Source: Synechococcus sp. A15-28
GTDB lineage: Bacteria; Cyanobacteriota; Cyanobacteriia; PCC-6307; Cyanobiaceae
DNA length: 32,000 nt
Direction: 5' to 3'
Assembly: GCF_014280175.1 (NCBI RefSeq)
Contig: NZ_CP047931.1
Location: 1,380,001-1,412,000 of the forward strand
How positions within the stretch are numbered: position 1 is the first letter of the stretch; every line of letters begins with the position of its first letter. The position numbers and the translations under genes are program-made. The notes beneath the pieces are model-generated. The model was not told the DNA's origin. It was given only the letters and a program-made list of their open reading frames with translations, and did no database searches. Below are positions 26,167 to 32,000 of this stretch, piece after piece.

Positions 26167-27648
26167 TCAAAGGTCCCCGAATCCCCGTTTCTTCTTGCCC
26201 GGCTTGCTTCGCTTCGGACCACCGCCCTTGCCGCGGCGGGCCGGTGCCTGTCCAGGCATTCCCGGCATGCCACCCATTCCATGCATCCCTCCCATTCCTG
26301 GCATCCCTCCCATTCCTGGCATCCCTCCCATTCCTGGCATCCCGGGCATGCCGCCCTGACTCATCTGCTGCATGAAGCCACGCATCTTCTGAAAATCCGC
26401 CAGCACCTTGTCCACATCCGCCGGTTGATGACCGCTGCCGGCAGCGATGCGACGACGACGGGAGGGCTGACCGGCCAGCAGATCGGGGTTCTCCCGTTCC
26501 TTCGGCGTCATTGAGCCGATCATCGCCTCGATCCGTTTCAACTGCTGCTCTCCTTGCTTGAGCATGCCGTCGTCGATCTTGTTCATGCCCGGGATCATTT
26601 TCATCAGACCCCCCAGCGATCCCATGCGCTTGATCAAGCGCATCTGCTTGACGAAGTCCGAGAAATCAAACGTCGCCTCCTGCAGCTTCTTCTGCATCTT
26701 TTCGACGTCGGCGAGTTCGACCTCCTTCTGGGCCTTCTCCACCAGCGTCAGCACGTCCCCCATGCCGAGGATGCGGCTGGCCATCCGTTCGGGATGGAAG
26801 GGCTGGAGAGCCTCCACCTTCTCGCCGGTGCCGATGAACTTGATCGGCTGACCGCTCACCTTGCGGATTGAAAGGGCGGCACCACCGCGGGAGTCACCAT
26901 CAAGCTTGGTGAGCACCGCTCCGGTGATGCCCACCTGGTCGTGGAAGGCGCGGGTGAGTTCGGCCGCCTCCTGACCGATCATCGAATCCACCACCAGCAG
27001 CACCTCATCGGGCTGCACGGCGGTGCGGATCCGCACCATCTCCTCCATCATCTCGCTGTCGATCTGGAGGCGACCGGCGGTGTCGACCAGGAGCGTGTCG
27101 AATCCCTCCTCTTTCGCCTTGGCCAGACCAGCGGCTGCGATGTCTTCCGGCTTGGCCTCAGCACCGAGGCTGAACACCTCCACATCGATCTGAGCACCGA
27201 GTGTTTTCAACTGCTCGATGGCAGCTGGTCGGTAGACGTCGGCACCCACCATCAGGGCACGGCGGCCCTGATCCTTGAGGTGGAGTCCCAGCTTGGCCGT
27301 CGCGGTGGTTTTACCGGCACCCTGAAGGCCGGCCATCAACACGACGGTGGGAGCGTCAGCCGCCTTGGCCAGAGGAGCGTTATCACCCCCCATGACCTCC
27401 ACAAGCTGCTCGTGCACCACCTGGATGAACTTCTGGTCCGGACTGACGCCGCGCACCACCTCGGCGCCCACGGCCTTCTCGCGCACATCGGCAACGAAGT
27501 CCTTCACCACCGGCAGGCTCACATCGGCCTCCAGCAAGGCCCGACGGACGTCCGTTAGGGCTCCATCGACGTTGGTTTCGCTGATGCTGTCTTGGCCACG
27601 CAGCCCCTTGACCGCATCCTCAAAACGGGCTGACAGCTCATCGAACAT
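26167..27648 (-). CDS. ffh: Signal recognition particle protein Ffh
   Basis: [51 protein letters not shown]-domain. Confidence 0.96.
   Translation of the reverse strand: MFDELSARFEDAVKGLRGQDSISETNVDGALTDVRRALLEADVSLPVVKDFVADVREKAVGAEVVRGVSPDQKFIQVVHEQLVEVMGGDNAPLAKAADAPTVVLMAGLQGAGKTTATAKLGLHLKDQGRRALMVGADVYRPAAIEQLKTLGAQIDVEVFSLGAEAKPEDIAAAGLAKAKEEGFDTLLVDTAGRLQIDSEMMEEMVRIRTAVQPDEVLLVVDSMIGQEAAELTRAFHDQVGITGAVLTKLDGDSRGGAALSIRKVSGQPIKFIGTGEKVEALQPFHPERMASRILGMGDVLTLVEKAQKEVELADVEKMQKKLQEATFDFSDFVKQMRLIKRMGSLGGLMKMIPGMNKIDDGMLKQGEQQLKRIEAMIGSMTPKERENPDLLAGQPSRRRRIAAGSGHQPADVDKVLADFQKMRGFMQQMSQGGMPGMPGMGGMPGMGGMPGMGGMHGMGGMPGMPGQAPARRGKGGGPKRSKPGKKKRGFGDL
26277..26349. repeat. Tandem 18-bp repeat encoding MGGMPG units in the Ffh C-terminus
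   Basis: cattcctggcatccctcc repeated in tandem with variants. Confidence 0.85.
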
Positions 27649-27706
27649 CGGGGCGGCTCTTTGGAATCAATCACCCGATCGTAAAAAGCAAGGCTGCGGG
27701 GCAGGA

Positions 27707-29671
27707 TCAACCCTGCGGGATGTAAGCCGTCAGCCTCCACTGATCGCCGTCTCGTCCAAGGATGTAGGTGATCGTGAGACTGCCCGGTTCCGTGCGGTCC
27801 ACCACCGAGCCTGATCTGTCCGTGGTGCTGTCGCTGTAAGCCACTTCCGCCTTCAGTTCAATCCGACGGGGCTGCCGGCTCACCACCTCAAGGGATGTCA
27901 CCGAAGCCTTCACAACCGTGGTGTTGCCTGCGGCGACAGCCGCAGCCCTTTCCTGATCAACCTGATCAATCAGACGCTGCCTCGCCACCACAGGAAGCAT
28001 CGAGGCTTGGCCCTGAAGAGCTAGGGCCTTGTTGTCGAGCCAGCCCTGAACAAGCAACCGCAGCTGAGCTTCATCGGGAGCATCGCTGAGGAGCGGTTCC
28101 AGCTGGCCCCTGCCCGTCGACGCCTCCGGTTGAAGCGTCGCTGCCGGTGACAGGTTGGCTGGATCAGAGCTGGACGACTTGGATTCAGTGGCGTCCTGGA
28201 GTTCCGGCTGCGGTTGCCGCGCCACAGGAGCCGTTGCCCGGGGCCGCAGCATCACTGCGGCCGCCAGAGCGGCCACCAAACCCACCACAGCAGAGGCCAC
28301 CAGCAAGCGCAGACGGCGGGGTGATCCGGTGGATGCCGCATCCGCCGATTGGACCTCCTCCGCCATCGATGGAACATTGTCCAGCTCTGCGGCCTGCAGC
28401 GAGCTGGCATCGGCCAGAGCCCAGGTTTCCAGTCCGGCGTTCGTCTCAATCGCAGCAACGTCCTGACGGGCCGTCTGGCGATCGATGCGATCGACGTAAG
28501 CCTGCACATCCCGGTCGGCGAACCAGGCATCAAGGTCCACTCCGGTGGCATCAACATCCCGGTAACCAGGGAGCACATCCCGTTCAAGCCAGACCCGGCA
28601 GTACTCGCACTGGGCCGCCAGGTGATCGCCGGGATGCTCCGCCAGCCAGCGCAGGAGTTCCTGATCGCGAATGGCGCTGAAGTGCAGGGAGGCATCCGAG
28701 ACATTGCCCAGGAGCAGGTCCAGGCAGCCCAGAAGGGGCATCGGATCCAGATCGGAGGCAGCTAATTGCTGCAACTGATCACGGGCCTGCTCAAGGAACT
28801 CCGGCTTGCGCCGTGAGTACCCCGCAGCCGCCAGGGCGAACACGGCAAGACAACCGGCTTCGATGGAGCCCTCTGCGAACCAGCCACGGAACAGATCGAT
28901 CTGCTCCTGAACGGTGAGAAAGCGGCGGATCTGCTGGAAAAACGACTCAAAGTCGGCCTGCCCCATGGCGGCAGCTGGAGGATCGGCATTCAGACCCTCG
29001 GGATCCAGGCCACCCCGATCGCGCACCAATCCATCCAGCAGGGAGATACCCTGCTGGCGAGCCTCGGCATCGGAGAGATCTCGACTCAGAAGATCCAGCA
29101 CCCGATAGGGGAGCAAGTCATCCAGCTCCTGCTGCAGACCGGCCTGTTGATCCGGCAACTTGCCCATCCTCTGCTGCAGTTCAATGCCTTCCCGCAGCAG
29201 CTGAGCCGCGGACTCGTAACGCCTCTGCTGCTGTTCATCCCGCGACGCATCACGACAGGCGAGGGCCGCCAGCAGGGTGAGGTCCGCTTCGCGGCCACTT
29301 CCGAGGGCTGGCGCCTGAGGCGGCTGAAGTCCCTGACGGGCGAGCTGAAAAGCTTCGTAGGCCGCTCCCGCCTCCCAGAGCAGGATCAGCCCGGCCACTT
29401 CGCTGCTGGCCGCCAGATCCAGGCCGACGGTTTCATTGGGGTGGGATGAACTCAACGACAGGAGCGCTGCCTCGTAGTCAGCCCTTGCACCAGGATCCGT
29501 CAGCAGATCGGCCGCTTGGCGCAACAGCGCCTGACGTTGCAGCAAACCCTCATGGGTGAACCCATCGTCCGGCGGACTGTCGCTGCGGGTCTGGAGACGC
29601 CGAAGGATGGAGGCAGGATCAGCGGAAGGACTGACACCCAGCAGCCGGAAATGATCGATGGGCAGATCCAA
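27707..29671 (-). CDS. ftn2: Ftn2/ZipN/ARC6-like cell division protein
   Basis: N-terminal [29 protein letters not shown]; C-terminal [16 protein letters not shown]...[18 protein letters not shown]...[21 protein letters not shown]. Confidence 0.8.
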   Translation of the reverse strand: MDLPIDHFRLLGVSPSADPASILRRLQTRSDSPPDDGFTHEGLLQRQALLRQAADLLTDPGARADYEAALLSLSSSHPNETVGLDLAASSEVAGLILLWEAGAAYEAFQLARQGLQPPQAPALGSGREADLTLLAALACRDASRDEQQQRRYESAAQLLREGIELQQRMGKLPDQQAGLQQELDDLLPYRVLDLLSRDLSDAEARQQGISLLDGLVRDRGGLDPEGLNADPPAAAMGQADFESFFQQIRRFLTVQEQIDLFRGWFAEGSIEAGCLAVFALAAAGYSRRKPEFLEQARDQLQQLAASDLDPMPLLGCLDLLLGNVSDASLHFSAIRDQELLRWLAEHPGDHLAAQCEYCRVWLERDVLPGYRDVDATGVDLDAWFADRDVQAYVDRIDRQTARQDVAAIETNAGLETWALADASSLQAAELDNVPSMAEEVQSADAASTGSPRRLRLLVASAVVGLVAALAAAVMLRPRATAPVARQPQPELQDATESKSSSSDPANLSPAATLQPEASTGRGQLEPLLSDAPDEAQLRLLVQGWLDNKALALQGQASMLPVVARQRLIDQVDQERAAAVAAGNTTVVKASVTSLEVVSRQPRRIELKAEVAYSDSTTDRSGSVVDRTEPGSLTITYILGRDGDQWRLTAYIPQG

Positions 29672-29757
29672 CGTCCACAGGTCCCCAGAGGGCGAACTTT
29701 AGTCAGTGTCTGGGATTTTGCCCATCTCTCAACGGCTGGCCCTTACAGTCACCTTCA

Positions 29758-30858
29758 TTGATTAGGACGGTCATGGGTCAGGACCTCGCGGTCGACACAG
29801 CTCCCATCGTCAGCGCGGCCGCCGGTCCTCACGCGGAACGTCTGTCCAACCTCGTCACAGCCCAGCGGGCAACGGTGGACCGCGAGACCGGTCTGGAGCT
29901 GTTCCGGGACATGACCCTCGGACGACGCTTCGAGGACAAGTGCGCGGAGATGTACTACCGCGGCAAGATGTTCGGTTTCGTTCACCTCTACAACGGCCAG
30001 GAGGCTGTGAGCACCGGGGTGATTGGCGCCATGAAGCGTCAGAACGATTGGTTCTGCAGCACCTACCGCGACCACGTCCATGCCCTGAGCGCCGGTGTTC
30101 CGGCTCGGGAAGTGATGAGTGAGCTGTTCGGCAAGGAAACAGGCTGCAGCAAGGGACGAGGTGGATCCATGCACCTTTTCTCCAAGGAACACCACCTGCT
30201 GGGGGGCTTTGCCTTCATCGCCGAGGGCATCCCCGTCGCCCTGGGGTCAGCCTTCACCAGCCGCTACAAACGTGATGCTCTCGGCGATGCCTCAAGCAAC
30301 GCTGTGACGGCAGCCTTCTTTGGTGATGGCACCTGCAACAACGGCCAGTTCTTCGAATGCATGAACATGGCGCAGCTCTGGAAGCTGCCGATCCTGTTCG
30401 TCGTGGAGAACAACAAGTGGGCGATCGGCATGGCCCACGACCGCGCCACCAGTGATCCGGAAATCTGGCGCAAAGCAGCGTCCTTCGGCATGGCTGGCGA
30501 AGAAGTCGACGGCATGGACGTGCTTGCCGTTCGTGCTGCGACCCAGCGAGCCCTGGAGCGGGCTCGGGCCGGGGAAGGTCCCACCCTTCTGGAGTGCCTC
30601 ACCTACCGCTTCCGCGGTCACTCCCTCGCTGACCCGGACGAACTCCGCGCCGAACAGGAGAAGCAGTTCTGGGCCCAGAGAGATCCACTCAAGGCTTTGG
30701 AACGGGACCTCTGCAACGCCAATTTGGTGAGCAGCGATGAGTTGCGAAGCATCGAGAAAGAGATCGATGCCATCGTTCAGGACTGTGTGGAGTTCGCCCT
30801 TTCCGCCCCGGAGCCCGATCCAGCGGAGTTGACCCGCTACATCTGGGCCGAGGACTGA
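29758..30858 (+). CDS. pdhA: Pyruvate dehydrogenase E1 component alpha subunit
   Basis: [69 protein letters not shown]. Confidence 0.95.
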   Translation: MIRTVMGQDLAVDTAPIVSAAAGPHAERLSNLVTAQRATVDRETGLELFRDMTLGRRFEDKCAEMYYRGKMFGFVHLYNGQEAVSTGVIGAMKRQNDWFCSTYRDHVHALSAGVPAREVMSELFGKETGCSKGRGGSMHLFSKEHHLLGGFAFIAEGIPVALGSAFTSRYKRDALGDASSNAVTAAFFGDGTCNNGQFFECMNMAQLWKLPILFVVENNKWAIGMAHDRATSDPEIWRKAASFGMAGEEVDGMDVLAVRAATQRALERARAGEGPTLLECLTYRFRGHSLADPDELRAEQEKQFWAQRDPLKALERDLCNANLVSSDELRSIEKEIDAIVQDCVEFALSAPEPDPAELTRYIWAED

Positions 30859-30879
30859 TAAGGCAGCCGTCCCGGCAGC

Positions 30880-31821
30880 TCAGATCCCGCTTGGCAGCCG
30901 CCGGGTCAGATTGCGCAACTTGCGCAAGGCCTTGAGCTCCACCTGACGCACACGCTCTCTGGAGACATCCATCAAGCGTCCGATCTCAGCCAGGGTGTGA
31001 CGCTCGTTGCCCTCAAGACCGAAGCGAAGCTTCAACACGTGCTGTTCCTGCTCGCTGAGGTGACTGAGCCAGCGTCCGAGCTGCTCGTGGTGAATGCGTT
31101 GCTCAACGATGTCAAGCGGCTCATCCAGGGAGGAGTCGGCAATGAGATCACCGAGGAAGCTGCGACCCTCCTCCCCGTTCACAGGAGCATCGAGACTGCT
31201 GGTGGTGAGGGCCTGTCTCAGGAGTGAATCAAGCTCATCCAAAGGGATGTCCATCGCCTCAGCGATTTCCACACGGCTGGGCATGGCACCGAGCTTGTGG
31301 GCGAGATCAAGACTCACCTTGCGGATTGTGGTGAGTCGCTCGCTGAGATGCACCGGAAGCCTGATGGTGCGGGACTGACAGGCGATGGCACGGGTCATGC
31401 TCTGACGGATCCACCAGAAGGCATAGGTCGAGAATTTGTAACCGCGGGTGGGATCAAATTTCTCGACGGCACGCTCAAGCCCCAGGGAACCTTCCTGGAT
31501 GAGATCGAGAAGTTCCAGGCCCTTTCCCTGATATTTCTTGGCAACGCTCACAACCAGGCGGAGGTTGGCTTTCATCATCCGTTCCTTGGCCCGTCGACCG
31601 ATGCGAAGCATCCGGCGCTGCTTACCGGTCAGCTCGTGGTCTTCAAACGTTTTGGAACCGTCTTCCGTCAGAGCCATCATCGACTGGACCTGATTGCCCA
31701 GTTCGATTTCTTCGGCAGGGGTGAGCAGCGGGATGCGGCCGATGGTGGCCAGATACCAGCTGACAGGGTCACTGCTGCGGCGGCGCTGGGAATCGATGGT
31801 TTTCTGAGCTGATGAAACCAT
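30880..31821 (-). CDS. RpoD/SigA-family sigma factor (group 2-like)
   Basis: NLRLVVSVAKKYQGKGLELLDLIQEGSLGLERAVEKFDPTRGYKFSTYAFWWIRQSMTRAI; C-terminal SRERVRQVELKALRKLR; short N-terminus. Confidence 0.92.
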   Translation of the reverse strand: MVSSAQKTIDSQRRRSSDPVSWYLATIGRIPLLTPAEEIELGNQVQSMMALTEDGSKTFEDHELTGKQRRMLRIGRRAKERMMKANLRLVVSVAKKYQGKGLELLDLIQEGSLGLERAVEKFDPTRGYKFSTYAFWWIRQSMTRAIACQSRTIRLPVHLSERLTTIRKVSLDLAHKLGAMPSRVEIAEAMDIPLDELDSLLRQALTTSSLDAPVNGEEGRSFLGDLIADSSLDEPLDIVEQRIHHEQLGRWLSHLSEQEQHVLKLRFGLEGNERHTLAEIGRLMDVSRERVRQVELKALRKLRNLTRRLPSGI

Positions 31822-32000
31822 TGCGTGTCCTCCGCCGTGGTGAGAGAACCTTCTTACGAAGATCAGAAAAACAGAAGTGTTTTCAGCAACCTTTCAGATT
31901 TGTGCGAGCGAATCGAAACACTTCATGTTTCCCTCGCAATTGAGAACAATGTCCTCATCGGACCATTAAATTTTTCGTATTGAAAGCCTCATCAATCAAG

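Noticed and set aside
1-32000. CRISPR array, restriction-modification, toxin-antitoxin or other defence system
   Set aside because: No regularly spaced repeats and no recognisable Cas, methyltransferase/nuclease or toxin-antitoxin motifs; the only RHH-like segments are in the 278-aa ORF and the acetolactate decarboxylase.

Overview
The window looks like marine picocyanobacterial (Synechococcus-like) DNA; the taxon is inferred from gene content. It has two parts. (1) About 1-13.5 kb is an AT-richer accessory region. It holds many short ORFs (several below the supplied 60-aa ORF cutoff), a truncated tRNA-Arg(TCT)-like 3' fragment, several internal segmental duplications, a minus-strand module with a tyrosine recombinase, and a metzincin/RTX-like protease gene split by an in-frame TGA. 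(2) About 13.55-31.8 kb is a GC-rich, densely packed core region: DUF3611, ribF, thiE, thiS, DUF1517, larB, a TIGR03792-like gene, a trmD-ispF single ORF, a CpcS/CpeS-like lyase, a PhyH-like dioxygenase, era, an acetolactate decarboxylase with an RHH-like N-terminus, a Bax-inhibitor-1 family gene, phoH, rpsP, ffh, an ftn2/ARC6-like gene, pdhA and a group-2 sigma factor. The best leads are: a ~330-bp non-coding element present twice in direct orientation whose copies share a chain of hairpins (candidate structured RNA or palindromic element); the metalloprotease ORF interrupted by one TGA six codons before its HELGHLLSLEH site; tiny CxxC and other micro-ORFs in coupled arrangements; and the trmD-ispF fusion. 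No complete defence system or CRISPR array was recognised.
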